Shown here one piece after another: positions 1-13,499 of a stretch of 64,000 nt of DNA. This DNA is from Ginglymostoma cirratum (taxonomy: Eukaryota), in the NCBI GenBank assembly GCA_024137785.1, contig JAHRHZ010000061.1, forward strand, positions 17,256,799 through 17,320,798, written 5' to 3'. Below the pieces are notes generated by a model. It was not told the DNA's origin, did no database searches, and saw only the letters and a list, made by a program, of their open reading frames with translations. Every line of letters starts with the position of its first letter. Position 1 is the stretch's first letter. The position numbers were made by a program, and so were the translations under genes.

Positions 1-300
1 CTGGACTGACCTATCTCCTCCCTACCCCCCTACCTACACTCACCTTTACTGGCTCCATCCCCGCCTCTTCGACTTGTCTGCCTCCTCTCCACCTATCCTC
101 TCCTCTATCCATCCTCTATCCGCCTCCCCCTCTCTCCCTATTTATTTCAGAACCCTCTTCCCCTCCCCCATTTCTGATGAAGGGTTTAGGCCCGAAACGT
201 CAAGTTTTCCTGCTCCTATGATGCTGCTTGACCTGCTGTGTTCATCCAGCCCCATGCTTGTTATCTCGGATTCTCCAGCATCTGCAGTACCTTTTATCTC
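1..300 (+). mobile_element. Penelope-like element terminal (pLTR) fragment, family A
   Basis: Pyrimidine-rich tract, then hammerhead motif, then tail ...cctgctgtgttcatccagc...ccagcatctgcagt. The tail is essentially identical to 16052-16161. Confidence 0.7.
170..205 (+). ncRNA. Minimal (short stem III) hammerhead ribozyme motif, intact core
   Basis: attt-CTGATGA-A-GGGT(ttag)GCCC-GAAA-CG-TC-aagt. Helix I attt/aagt (one G-U), 4-bp helix II, ACGT palindrome in place of helix III. Confidence 0.65.
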
Positions 301-1299
301 TTGAGCAATTTACCAACTACTCTTACCTGTTGCTGACCTTTCACAGCAAATGTCATCAGCTTCCCTGACCCCTGACATTAGAAGACCTTAGGGCTTGCCT
401 TGACACACACCTGTTTAAAAGTATCTCCTTAGTCCAGTTAAATGCAGGTCATATTTATAGACCGTAAAATTGCAGGCAAGAGACTGTGACCCCAGTTAAA
501 TCAAACTCAGTTTGTTTGCTGGCATCTTTACCACAGCATTCAGGAACAATAAATATCTGCAGTGGATCAATTAAGGGATCACACTGAATCAATTATCTGA
601 GACAACACTTTACAATATTTTTTCAAGAGAAAAGACTGGGTTCTTCCACCACCAAAGGAATGATGGAAAGGCCAAGCCCTTAAATTCTTCTCATTGATCA
701 GATTCCATTTACATATTGCTTGGTGTGCATTTTTTGGTCAATTTTAAAACAAATCCAGATTTAAAAATACCCAAACCATGAGGAGCCAGAGGGCAGAATC
801 TCCTTATTGGAGAGTGCTCTGTATTTTTCTGTTTCCAATTGCCATGGTTTCAAGCAAAGGTTAATAAGCTGCATGACCTTTGCAGGATTTCATGATGGTC
901 TCCCGGGCTTCATGCGCTGATCCCACTCTTCGATAACTGTTCACGATGCTGTCACTTGCTCAGACTCTCTACTCCCTTGATAATCTCTCAGTGAAAATGA
1001 GGAATGTTCAATCAAATTTCACATGAAGGCAACCCAAATTACATAATTTCTTTTTCGGGATAGACTTTTCCTGAACTGCTGATACGTGAACAAGGAGAAA
1101 CAAGCTATAGCCTTTACAGTTAAACAAATCTAGACATTATTTTCCTCTTCAGATCCACAGCCATAAAATAGCCGTCTCCCAGTTAAGAAAATGCACTGAG
1201 ATACCACAAAGCACAAATCGCAACATGCTTCTGAAAAGCACAGCAGCCCAGAATGAGACAGAATTTATCAGTTTCTGGAGTCAGGATAGAGTCCTAAGT

Positions 1300-2500
1300 T
1301 CGGGCATTGTTGTATTTGAAGCTCAGGCCTACATCATGATTCAAATGATCAGAGTGTAGAGGGATCTCACAGTCAGACATAAAAATCAAAATCCTTCTGC
1401 ATTTCTATTGAAAGGGAAGGCTGGAGAAGTGAAGGAATATTGAACAACACGTTTCTTGCATTTTGAAAGACATTCTTGAGGATTGACGGCCTTCAGAACC
1501 AACTTGATATCGCAGACAAGAATCCATTGATCAGGCAACTTACAGTTGTCCACTGGGAAGTAAATGTTCAGTCACTTAGCATCAGAGGACCCTGCTGGAC
1601 AGGAACAGGATCAAACATGGCCGCTGTATGTCATTATTGGCTAACAAATTCTTAGTCACCTGGGTAAATGTTGGGTCACGGAGTTGTCCAAATCTGCACA
1701 GGTTTGTAACATTAGCTAGATATCACTGACCCATCAATTTTTCACAGTTACCTCAGACAATTCAAAGAATTATAGAGTATCAAAATGTAAATACTAACTG
1801 TTTAAAAAATAAGCAGAATGTAAATGCATGTTAAATAAACTGCCTGAACTATAATTTGCCATGTAATTCACACCAGTCATGGAATGTACCCAGTGAACCA
1901 GGAGACAATTCATGCCAGGTCATCCAAGTCCTGAATGATGACAATAAACAGGAACAGCTTGCAGTCCCTGTATGTGACTCACAATCCCACATACGCTGAA
2001 GTTACAGATGGCTAAGTTTGTTTTGCCTCCTACAACTGGCTTACCTGATAGATGAATTGCAGCGTTATCAATATGAAGCCATCAAACAAGATATAACATA
2101 TTCCATGAAGAGTCTTCATAGCTTTCCATGGCCACATCTTGCCATTGACCAAATGGATATCAGAACAAACCATTACAGGATGAAGGCAAAACCATCTCTA
2201 CATCAATCACATGCTTCTCCATTTTACCTTCTGGAGAAAACCTCATTTGTTCCTCTTCGAAATATTCAGAGATTGAAGGTGATAAGGCAGATGCTCTATA
2301 ATTCACATGACAAGCACCAAGCTTACTCCTACAGACCAATATTAGAAGAACTGCCTCAGATATCTTCCTCTGACAAACAGGGTCACTGGATAGTAGCAAA
2401 ACCTTATGACGACACTGTGAGGGCTGTCCAGAACATCCATTACCACAAGCTACATTTCTGTCAAATTCTTAACATCAAAACTGGCAATCAACATGAAATA
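1300..2500 (+). mobile_element. Highly decayed RTE/BovB-like LINE RT fragment
   Basis: Scattered remnants in the expected order: IQVLNDD (cf. IxxLHDDM), LIDELQRY (cf. ELQYADD), YHKLHFCQILNIK.W (cf. FHQRCLRxILxIxWQD). This explains ORF 2018-2530. Confidence 0.45.
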
Positions 2501-2582
2501 TTAGGTCTGATGAGGAGGGATATTTTTTAAAAAATTAACAATCCTCCACTTTCGGTTAATGCATCCACTCAATTATCAATCA

Positions 2583-2846
<264 letters not shown>

Positions 2847-2969
2847 TTATAATTGGATTAATGTTGTCAAACAGTACCAATGTTCATTAAACAACAATAT
2901 CCATTTGCATTTATATAGCACCTTTAGTATACCAAAATGGTCCAAATTGATATCAATTGAAGTAAAGAT

Positions 2970-4330
2970 GTAAAAGCAGACAATGCTGGTGAAACTCAGC
3001 AGCATCTGTGGAGTGGGATATATTGTTAACATTTGGAGTCCTTAGAACTGAAAGGGATTGGAAAATGGTGTTGAGAGAAAGGGGAGAGGAGTGAGTGGAA
3101 CAAGTGGATTGGGTGCACAGAGCAAAAGACAAAGGAAATGCTAGTGGTGGGAAAGGATATATTGAGATGGAAAACAGGTGCAAATGGAAGGTTTAAATAG
3201 GAGAAAATAGGTCAGTAGTGCCGAGAACAAAATCAACAAAGACAGAAACAAGAAGCGGTGTGGCGTAATCAAAATGGAGAGCAGAGTTCAAGCTGTGAAG
3301 TCCTGAAGACTATAAAGTGCCTAAATGGAAAATGAGGTTCCTCCACATCGCATTGAACTTAGCTAGACCACTACAGCAGGCCCAGGGTGGAAACAGTAGC
3401 ATGAGAGCAAGGCGGCTTACTGATATGGTGACCAACTGCAAATTGGGGTCATTCCTACAAACTGCGGAGGCAATGACCTAGTGGTATCATCGCTGGACTC
3501 AGAGATCCAGGTAATGTTCTGAGGACCCAGGTTTAAATCCCGCCAGATGGTGGAATTCGAATTCTGTAAAAATCTGGAATCAAGAGTCTAATAATGACCA
3601 TGAATCCATCGTCAATTGTCAGGAAAAACCCATCTGGTTCACTAATGATCTTTAGGGAAGGAAACTGCTATCCTTTACCTGGTTCTGCCTACATGTGACT
3701 CCAGACCCACAGCAATGTGGTTGACCCTTACCATCTGAGCAATTAGGGATGGGCAATAAATGCTGGCCTAGCCAGCAACGCCCTCAACTTGTTAATGAAT
3801 TTTAAAAAAACAGAGGTGTTCCACAAATGTCTCACCAATGTAAACGAGACCACATTTTGAGCAGACAAAGCATTAAACTAGATTAAAAGAAGAATAAGTA
3901 AAATGTTGCTTGAGCAAAAGGTGTATTTAGGGCCTAGCACAGTGGAGGAGGTAAAAGCGAAAGTGTTGCACCTTCTGCATAGGAGGGTGCCATAATGGGC
4001 AAGGAATAATTAGTTGTGATGGAGAAATGGATAAAAACATCACAGAGGGAATGGTCCCTAACAATGGAGGGGAGGGGCTGATGTGTTTTATTGTGGCGTC
4101 CTGGCGTGGCAGAAATGGCAGAGATGATCCTTTGAATTACACAGCTGGTGGAATGGAAAGTGAAGACAAGGAGAACCCTGTTGTTGTTCTGGGAGGGAGA
4201 GGAGGGGGTGAGAACAGCAGCAGAAGACACAGGTCAGACACAGCCGAGGGCCCTGCCATTGATGGAAATAGGTCAGGTGATCAAAAGCCTGGTATGAAGG
4301 TGAGTCCCAGAGGAGGAAAGTGAGTTAGAG
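2970..4330 (-). mobile_element. Decayed Penelope-like retroelement 3' part (GIY-YIG endonuclease plus family B terminus), interrupted by a SINE
   Basis: Minus strand reads RVLLVFTFHSTSCVIQRII, NLV*CFVCSKCGLVYIGE (GIY-YIG) and LIFHLGTL*SSGL, then the terminus gttaac...cagatgctg...ctgagtttcaccagc. Confidence 0.75.
3465..3810 (+). mobile_element. tRNA-derived SINE with Zenon/CR1-like LINE tail
   Basis: A box-like TGACCTAGTGG and B box-like GGTTTAAATCC. Similar over its full length to 17142-17500 and ends in an A-tract. Confidence 0.8.
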
Positions 4331-4719
4331 AGGCAGGGAGATCTTTAGAGAGGGAACTTCTGAGCACATGAGCAATTAAAGTTACACATAATCATTACTT
4401 TAAAACTCAATTCAATGAATCTACACATGGATTTACCATAAATTTGAGATATCTATGACTGTTAATTAGATATTAAAAGTCTTTAATTGTTTGCAGGTAA
4501 TAGGCATTAACTGAGAATGCACATGAGCTGATATCAATCTAAGCAGATTAACACTGTCATTATTAGGTTGGGAGGTATATACTTGTAACTTGCAACTTTG
4601 TAGATAAATGTAGAAGTATATAAAGATAGGCTCCAGTTCTCTCCTTCTCAAACTAGCTTTATGGATTCTAAGGAGTGTGCATTAGTTTGGTATACTGCTC
4701 TTTCATTACTAGAACCTTT

Positions 4720-5315
4720 GTTTATTACCTTTATTGCTCAGTGCATTGAGTATAGGAGTTGGGATGTCAAGTTGCAGCTGTACAGGATGCTGGTTACACC
4801 ACATTTGGGATACTACTTTTAATTCTGGTCTCCCTGCTACAGGAAAGATGTTGTTAAACTTGAAAGGGTGCAGGAAGGATTTACAAGGATATTGCTAGGT
4901 TTGGAGAAACTGAATATGCTGGGGCTGCTTTCTTTGGAGCATTGGCAGCTGAGAAGTGACCTTACAGAAGTTTATAAAATCATGAGGGACAGGGATAGGA
5001 TGAATAGCCAAGGCCTTTTTGCCAGGTAGGGGTGTCCAAAACTAGAGGGCATAGGTTTAGCGTGAGAGGGGAAAGATTTAAAAGGGACATAAGGGGCAAC
5101 TTTTTCATGCAGAGGGTGGTGCGTATATGGAAAGCTGCCAGAGGAAGTGGTGGAGACTGGTATGATTACAACATTTAAAAGGCATGAGGGTGGATTTATG
5201 AATAGGAAGAGTTTAGAGCGATATGGGCCAAATGCTGGCAAATGGGACTATCTGGTCAACAAGTTGCACTGAAGGGTCTGTTTCTGTGCTGTTTATCTCT
5301 ATGGTTCTCTGACTG
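4720..5315 (+). mobile_element. CR1/HER1 LINE 3' fragment
   Basis: Remnant of YKIMRGxDR...KTRGHRF, followed by a 3' UTR with ctctatg tail. Confidence 0.85.
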
Positions 5316-6239
5316 TATTACCACTACCTCCACTCCCCAAGTTAATACAACAGGGCAAGTGAATCAATGTGTTTGAGAGACTTTCAAGGGAATGGGAGGG
5401 CTGAATTTCATACGCAAGGGAGTGTCCAAGTTTTTTGATCATTGATGGCTACACTGATTAATACAGAATCTCCAGGCCTACACTTCAGATCTAAATCAAA
5501 ACTTTCAACATTGATCTTGAGCAAACTGATCTTGCATTTCTTAAGTTTTAAGCCCATGCATCATTGAGGTGAATATCCTCAAAAAAAACTTTCTTTCCAA
5601 CTTCTCAGCACCACACAAATCCAAAGTAGAACAAATCAGGAAACAAGGGCAAAATATTTGACCACACTTTGCACTTCACTTTCCACTCGGTTAAACAGGC
5701 TTTTTTTTAAAAATAAAGGTGGGTCTGTGCTTTCCAAGTCTGCTTTATCCACAAAATTTGCTGGATGTCTGATTGCTTAATATCACCTCGGACCATGGTC
5801 AGAAGGCTAAAAGTGCATCACTTTTTTTAAACAAACAAGCTGATTTCTGAAATCTTTAAACAGAGGAGAATTGGAAAGAGGGCAAATTACAGTGTCTGCT
5901 GTTCAGTGTGAAATCAGGTGCAGAAACAGGAATGAAAGAGAAGGAAAGAAGGACTGAGGTGAGCACATACTTAAGGAAAGATGCCACTTAATATTGCAAT
6001 TTTTTTGACATCGTCTAAAATAATTTACGACCTTAACACATTCAATGTGTTTAATTTCTGGGCTAACTAGCGATGGCAGGCCATTAGCAAGTAGGTAATT
6101 AAACAAAAAAAAAGCACAGCTATTTATGGCTGAACATAACTTTCTGTGGCGAGTTTAAAAAGGCGATACTGAAATGCAGCAACCCATGGAGAAGGGGTGT
6201 GGAGGAGGTTTAAGGGTAAATATTGTTGTTTATCAAATT

Positions 6240-6597
6240 AGTTTATAAAATCATGAGGGGCATAGATAGGGTGAATAGCCAAGGTTCTTCCCCCAGGCTA
6301 GAGGAGCCCAAAACTAGAGGGCATAGGTTTAAGGTGAAAGAGGAAAGATTTAAAAGGGACCTAAGGGGCAACATTTTCATGCAGAGGGTGGTCTGTGCAT
6401 GGAATGAGCTGTCACAGGAAGTGGTGGAGGTTGGTACAATTACAACATTTAAAACACATCTGGATGGGTATATGAATAGGAAGGGTTTCGAGGGACATGG
6501 GCCAAATGCTGGCAAATGGGACTAGATTTATTTAGGATATCTGGTCAGCATGGACAAGTTGGACCGAAGTTTCCATGCTGTAAATCTCTATGACTCT
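6240..6597 (+). mobile_element. CR1/HER1 LINE 3' end
   Basis: ORF 6223-6525 VYKIMRGIDRV...TRGHRFKV...RVVCAWNEL...FKTHLD, with ctctatgactct tail. Confidence 0.9.
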
Positions 6598-7914
6598 AAA
6601 CCAGCTCAGAAAAGGAAAATGAACATTTCCTGCAAAAGAAAAATTCTGAAGGAGGAAGTGGAAAGAGTGAAGAAATTAAACGCTGTTTTGGGAGATAGCC
6701 ATTAGAACTGCAAATGTGCATGAACAGCACTCCTTCATAGACTGGAAGAAAATGACTAGAATCAGAGTGCTACCACGAAACATAGTGATTCATGAAGATG
6801 ACTTCGCAAGGGCAAATAGGGATGGGCAATTAATAATGGTCTTGCAGGAGGCACTCATATCCAAAAGTGACATTTGCAAAACGTCTCTCCTAAGATGTTA
6901 ACCTGTTTGTGCCTGTTTCAGGCACTGAAGTATCTGTTGCGTATTTCTAGCAGTCCAGTTTTTTTTAAAGATATTAATTTGTTACACTGTTTAAAAATTC
7001 TTTTAAACTTATCCATCTGTAAGTTTCAAGGGCAAATGCAACACTTGTGAAGAGATAAATTTTCTCCCATCTGAATCTGAACTGAACTCGAGGCTGATTT
7101 TAACTGAAAGGGAAAGTGTGCGAGATGCGTGGCAGACAGCTGGGATGTAGCCTGTCAAATCTGTCTCCTGATCCAAACCAGCCTCAATGCTAACCATTTT
7201 CAGTTTCCAACAGAAGCTAAAAAGCAGTTGGGCAAACAACCCCATTCATGGTGAACAGTTAGAATTTCCAGTTAGATGCGGATGCTGGATTCCTGAATGT
7301 CAGGAAAGCTTCAAAGGTTTCCTTAAAGCAATGATTATTGGATTGAGAAATTCCTTCTCACCCCCATCCTGTGAAATCTCCATGATCAAATAGCTCCTCA
7401 CACGACCCCAGTGAACTCCCCACTGTGAGCCTCTCACCCCCACATTGAGTCCTCAGATCCCACTACCAGGCTCTGATTTCCCACTCACCTCAGCACAAGG
7501 CTTTTTATTCACCCGTAACTTTTAAACTCTGATCCCTTATGCTCTGACTGTCCTTCTGCCTCATTAAGCCTCTGCTTTCCTCTATGTAGCCTATAACGCA
7601 CCTCTCTTCAGGTCACTCGTCTCTTCCTCCTCACAACCTCGACCACTGAACTTTCTCCCTCACCTGGATTGGCAGCGTCCCTCCACATCAACCCCAATCA
7701 ATACCTTTCCTATGACTCACACCCATGATAGACCACCTCCCCATCCCCCATTTCCAGGATTGACCAAGCAGCCCAACATCCCCTACTTCCATGAATACAG
7801 CTTCCTCTTCCACCCAATTCCCAACGTTTAAAAATTCCACTAGTTGCGTTGGTGTGATTGAAACTGAGCCTGAAAGAACTAGCCTGAGCCTCTGTGACAT
7901 TGCCATTTCCCATA

Positions 7915-8350
7915 ACCGTTTTCAGTTCTGGGTGCCACACCTTAGGAAAGATGTCAAGGACTTGGAAAGTGGGTAGAAAAGATTTACTAGACTTGGACCA
8001 ATGGTGAGAGAAATTCAGTTTGTGCAGACACTACAGAACTCTGAAGTAGACTGGCTTGTGGGCTGGTAGCCAGAGGACACAGATCTGAGATCATTGGCCA
8101 AAGGAAGGAAAATGAGAAAAATTCTTCTCACGCAGCAAGCTTTGATGATCTGGGATGCATTGCCCGAAAGAATAAGTGAAACAGGATTTAATCTTAGTTT
8201 GGAAAGTGAGTTCATATAAGTGTGAAAATGAGAAAGTAATTGGGTTATGGGGAAAAAGTGATGGAGTGGGACTCATTGCATGGCTCTTCCAAAGAGCTGG
8301 CACAGACACAATGGACCAAGTGGCCTTTTTCAGTGCTGTCCAACCCTACT
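7915..8350 (+). mobile_element. Old CR1 LINE 3' fragment
   Basis: QFWVPHLRKDVKDLE, plus decayed WxALP and 3' UTR. Confidence 0.7.
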
Positions 8351-8500
8351 ATCCTTACTAAGCAAAAATGCAACCCAAGTGAAGTTCAACATTAGAACAG
8401 CCACGATCCTCATCTAGCATGCAGAGGTTCCGATTGCAATAAGATTGCAATAATTGCAATTATCGCTCTCACTATCTAATATGTTCATTATGACACTCAC

Positions 8501-8818
8501 CAGCCTTAATGTGAATATCCTGACTTCTAATTTTCCCTGAAGGATTTTCTGCTGTGCAATAGTACGAATTGTCATGGATCAAGTTATTAAAACTCGAAGG
8601 AGGGAAAGGGAAGATCTGGAGAGTGCCATTTGGATGGACGTGTCGGATCCCTGGGACGTCGTACATCTCTTCCCCAGTTGCTAGGTACCAACGCAGGGTT
8701 GTTGGGGGATTCCCTGATGCAGGGCATGGTAACAATGTCCCCATGGTACTGGCGAAGACTACCTCTTGCAGAGATCCATTGACAAAGTACAAGCTGGATT
8801 GCAGATCTTCACTGGCAA
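8501..8818 (-). CDS. DSCAM: DSCAM coding exon 2 (Ig-like domain 1), 318 bp, phase 1-1
   Basis: Translates (V)[105 protein letters not shown]. Acceptor ttttgttacAG at 8820-8819, donor GTGAGT at 8500-8495. Residues [28 protein letters not shown] and ENPSGK fit DSCAM rather than DSCAML1. Confidence 0.97.
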
Positions 8819-9069
8819 CTGTAACAAAAACAGACAGTTTTGCTTGTTTTAAGATGTAACAAACAAGAAATGAATGCTTTTTGACTTAAAAAGGAATCAA
8901 TTGCTTGCTTTATGTGCTGTGACTTGGGTACCACTCTCAACTGAGTTGAAGTTTTAGGCATTAATCCTGTTGTATTTTTCCTTCCCTTTGTGATATTACC
9001 AGCAGATTAAAGAACAGCTTCTTCACCGCTATTTTCAGACTTTTGAATAGATCTCTCATGTATTACAGG

Positions 9070-9230
9070 TGATCTTTGTCTGTGCCTTCTCTGTAGCTTT
9101 AACAGTGTATTCTGCATTCTGTCCTATTACTCTGATGTAAGGTATGATTTGTCTGGCTAGCACGCAACATTATACTTTTCACTGTATCTCGAATTAAGTG
9201 ACAATAATAAATCAGGTCCAATCGAATCAA
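9070..9230 (+). mobile_element. Rex1/Babar LINE 3' UTR fragment
   Basis: Similar to the 3' end of the Rex1 copy at 43085-43200 (tgacaataataaatc...). Confidence 0.55.
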
Positions 9231-9991
9231 GTATAAACATCAAGGCACCAAGCACACATATGAGATTGGTTAACACAAAAATACCTACATTCATTTACTA
9301 AGGATTTGAGAAGTTGGTACCGGTTTAACACAGTTGGGGATCTTGTCGACATGTCTGAGCTGGAAGCTTTCCTCAGATCAAACCATCATTCCACCTGAAT
9401 TATATGACACTTTGCATTCTTGCCCCTCTTAGCGTGTCTGCAGGAAACATCATCACATCCATTTGAAGATGTACTGCAACAAGTCGCACTGCAGGCTGTT
9501 GGGCTGCTTCATCAATTGAGGAGTTTCTACTGAGGTTGGTGGAGGGAAACACAGGCAAAGCTTGTAGCGGGAACCAGATTATCAGTGGCTGCCACCGCAG
9601 GTCTGTGTTGGGAACCAGGGGAGTAGGAGCCAACCTATTTGGGGGGAAGTGGGGAGGGGTGAGAGATGAGTGGAAGGAAGCGATATTGGGAGGCTTGGTC
9701 ACCTAGAGAGACCTGAAGGTCAGATTGAAGTTAAAGATTGGAGTATCGTGGGAAGCTGGTTGAATAAGTAATTTACATTTGGGGTAACCTCAGCTATAAC
9801 TATATGCTGTTGCCTGGTGGAGGCGTGGGGGTTTTGGGGCCTGGTGTGCTGGAGTTGCAGAGGTTTGCAGGCCTCTGGGTGAGAGAGAGCGAGAGACTGT
9901 CGTTGCTGGAAGGGAGGCTGAAGCCAACAAGGAGAAAGTTGTTTGTGAGGGTGGCCCCAATCCTAGAGGTTACATAAGCAGCCCAGGTAAG

Positions 9992-10210
9992 TCATAGAAT
10001 CCCAGCAGTGTGGAAGGAGACCATTCAGCCCATTGAGTCTGCACCAACTCTCTGAAGAGCATCTCCACCCAAACGCACCCTTCGATCCTATCCCTGTAAC
10101 CTACATTTTACCAAGGCCAACCCATCCAGCCTGTACATCCCCTGGACACTATGAACTATTTCCCATGGCCAATCCACATAAACTGCACAGCTTCAGACTG
10201 TGGGAGGCAC
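9992..10210 (-). mobile_element. HE1-type V-SINE, 3' half
   Basis: Matches the V-domain end and CR1-derived tail of the other copies. Confidence 0.7.
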
Positions 10211-10669
10211 TGGTGTGAAGGCACTTTCCCCAGAATCCATCGGATCCCTGTTCAAGAAAGCTCCTGGATGAATCCCAAACTAGTCAGTGAAGTATGGAAC
10301 AGGCTACAAATATATACCTTAATGAGTTTATTCACTGAACCTGTTCACTGAAATTCACTTATTCACTGAACATGTTAGGGCATACCTCCAGGGCAGGTGT
10401 GACTTGAACGATAGTCCCACCCTCCTAGTCCCTTGTCATACTATTTAAAATGACTCAAATCAAACCAAATTAAAATGTGGCAGTCCCTTAAAGGAGCATT
10501 GCAACCAAAGTCAAAATTCCAAATGAAACTTAAATGAACAAATTTGGTCTTGGGGAGTGAGTATGCATTCTAATCGATGTGGGGCCCATCTGGCACAGAA
10601 GACCTGAGGCATACGAGTAAACACTGTGTGCTCTCTCTCCAAAGACACTTCATCTCTTGTTATAAAGAG

Positions 10670-10780
10670 GCTTTAAAATCAACTTGTTCAGAGATGTTAA
10701 TACAAACCTTTGAAACAGGCAGGACTTGAACCTGGGTCTCCAGGCCCAAAGGATGGAACACTACCACAGGAGCCCTCTCT
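10670..10780 (-). mobile_element. Short (~115 bp) tRNA-derived SINE
   Basis: B box GGTTCAAGTCC and tail ...tctgaacaagttgatt. Related to 10838-10950, 19780-19862 and 60965-61077. Confidence 0.55.
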
Positions 10781-10837
10781 TGTGATAAATTTCTAATTAA
10801 TGAATACCTTAATTTAAGCATCCTAATAATATTATTA

Positions 10838-10950
10838 AAGGGCTCTAGTATTGCAGTGGTAGCATCCCTGCATCTAGACTAAGATGCTTCATGTTCCACC
10901 TACTCCAGAGGCGTGCAATAAGATCTCAGGACAGGTTGAGTATGAAAACG
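10838..10950 (+). mobile_element. Short tRNA-derived SINE (same family, opposite orientation)
   Basis: gcagtggtagcatccct...cacctactccagagg...acaggttg. Confidence 0.5.
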
Positions 10951-12747
10951 TGTTGAAAGGGATCAGTAACACATATATATACCTGATGCTCAGGAATCCT
11001 TGCTAAAAGCTATTACATTTAGAAACTGAATTGAAAAGATGCACATGTCCACATTGTCATATTTAAAATTCTAGCCCATCACATTGAATCAGATTGGTCA
11101 CCCACTCTCCTTCTGGCCTCAGTTTAAAGCAGAAATGAGCAGGATGGAGACTGGGCTTGTTTCACAAAATGGTTCAAGGATTTTAATCCCCACCAACTGA
11201 CCTAAACCCACCCACTGAATAAGTTTACATTGGACCCTGCGTTTATTGGATGGCAGGGGAGTTAAGGGAAGGGAATTTAGTTGACAATAAAATCTAATTA
11301 CATCAAGCAATACCATCTTCCAGAAACTAAACCCAAAGGAGAGTCAATTTGCCAGGTTCCTGCATGACACAAAAGAAATAAATAAACTAAAAATAACAAG
11401 TGAGCTTGTGTTATTGGAAATTAATAAACAGATAATGACTGTAAATTGCTGATTAAAGTTTGGAGACTTATACCTGTAGAATACATTAATATGTGGCAAG
11501 GTGAGTGGATTTTCCTGCGATTTATCCTTGTGTCCATTTGGTGCCAACTGGTGACAAGTTGTGACCAGTTTTGATATCACTGCTCAGTCCCAGATGAATT
11601 TTTACCTCAAGGCGTCCATCTGGTGGCACCTGGTGCAGTCTGGGTATTACCTCTTGCCTCATTTTACATAATTTGCTAAAGCAGTCTGAAATGCTGATGT
11701 CCACAGGATTGAGCAGGGACCCCTGGACGGACTCAGGCTAACTCATAAGATACAGCTGCAGCAACAAAAGACCATCAACGATGGGTCTCCACGGGAGGGA
11801 GAATGGCTCACAGAATCAAAGATAGCTCCGAGAATGTAGCTCTTAGAATGCAGGAGTTGCATTCTTCACTGTTTGTTCAATAATGCATGCTGGATAGTAC
11901 TTTGTACTGCAGGCTCTCCCTTTAGGCATTCCTTCTCTTTTAATTAATATTTCAGCAAATATTTGGAGGATGAACAATGGAATATCATAAAAGGTACACT
12001 CAGCTGAAGCACCATAAATAATACAGTGGTGGTTATTTCGGGTGAATTAAGGTCTGCAAATATAGCTAACCAGCCATCAAATGCAATGTTACTACGACTC
12101 TGGTTCACTTTTGATTAAAACATTGCCACTTTCCAAGTTTCATCTCAAGGAAGACGTGAGCCTTTGGTGCCTATTTTAAACAGGGTGTGAGGTGAACTAG
12201 GGAAAGGCAGTGTGGGCAAAACATCATGCCAGGCTCTCATTAATATATTTCAGACACTTTCCTGAGCCTGACAAGAGTGTTTGTGAGTCAGTGGGTGTGT
12301 GCTGGGAGATGGTCGAAACAGACCATTGGGAAGAGCCTGCGGCATTTCTGGTAATTGTATCCAGTGAATGGGAATCCCAAACACGATGGGGAAAGAAATT
12401 GGATCCTGATATGGCCTGAACTCTTCCTCCAGGAGCCAGAGAACCATTCTTACCCTTATGACCCACAAAGAGATCATCTTAAAAATAAATTGCAGGCCAC
12501 ACAAGTCCTTTAATTGGCGCAAGAGTGGGCAGACTGGTCTGTACAGGAGAGATCCATCTTACAGAGGGATTGTGAATATTTTGGGGGGTTGAGGGTGGGC
12601 AATAATAATGGTAAGGCCATACAAGGAATTTGCTGCAGCCTCCCTCCTCTGTCACCTGCAATCTCATCAGCCAGGGCCTGTAAAGACTTTGCTCACAGAG
12701 AAGTGAAAATGAATAGCATAGATCGCCCTTAAGCAGGAGCTCAATAA

Positions 12748-13040
12748 TCATGGAATCCCCACTGTGTAGAAGCAGACCATTCCACCCATTGCGTCCACAC
12801 CAACCCTCTGAAGAGCATCCCAATCAACCCTATCCCTCCAATCCTGCATTTCCCGTGGTCAACTACTTACCCTGCACATCTTTGGACTGTGGGAGGAAAC
12901 CGGAGCACCCAGAGAAAACCCACACAGACACAGGGAGAAAGTGCAAACTCCACACAGACAGTCACTGATGGGTGGAATCAAGCTTGGGCCCCTGCCGCTG
13001 TGAGGCAGCAGTGTTAACCACTGAGCCACTGTGCTGCCCT
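12748..13040 (-). mobile_element. HE1-type V-SINE
   Basis: tRNA head gggcagcacagtggctcagtggtt, V-domain tgtggagtttgcac...ggtttcctcccacagtccaaagatg, CR1-like tail. Confidence 0.9.
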
Positions 13041-13499
13041 AAGTACATGACTATGAAAGCAATAGGAGGACATGCTTAGTGACTGGGATGACATATCATA
13101 AGAGGAAGCTTAAATGGAGCATGAGCAGATTTATTAGCCTGAATGGCCTGTTTCTGTACCGTAATCTACATATAAGGGGCATGATTTGAATTAGCAAGTG
13201 ACTGTTCCATTTTCAATAAACGAAAAATCAGTGATTTTTTTCTGACTACCAGATCACTTGCAGTGATCGTAACGTCAAACTTCCAACAGTAAGTTTTGGA
13301 ACTCTTCTATACACTGTATATATGTTTTATATCGCTTAGTCATGCGTGGAAACTTTAAACAAAGACTCAAAAATTGTTAAACTAATTTAATCGTTATCTG
13401 AGCTCTTAGAATCTAGAGCTGGAACAGCTAAAATACAGTGATAATGGAAAAATGGAAGATAAATTTCCTTGGAACATGTCCAGACAATGACTAATAAAT

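Noticed and set aside
2018-2530. 170-aa ORF as a nested antisense gene
   Set aside because: Better explained as decayed RTE-type LINE sequence.
9430-9980. Purine-skewed, GC-richer block with a 100-aa minus-strand ORF
   Set aside because: Probably a decayed transposon, but no diagnostic motif could be identified.
10325-10372. Short ttcactgaa repeats as a CRISPR-like or regulatory array
   Set aside because: Three to four irregular 9-bp units without spacer periodicity in eukaryotic DNA, so most likely slippage.
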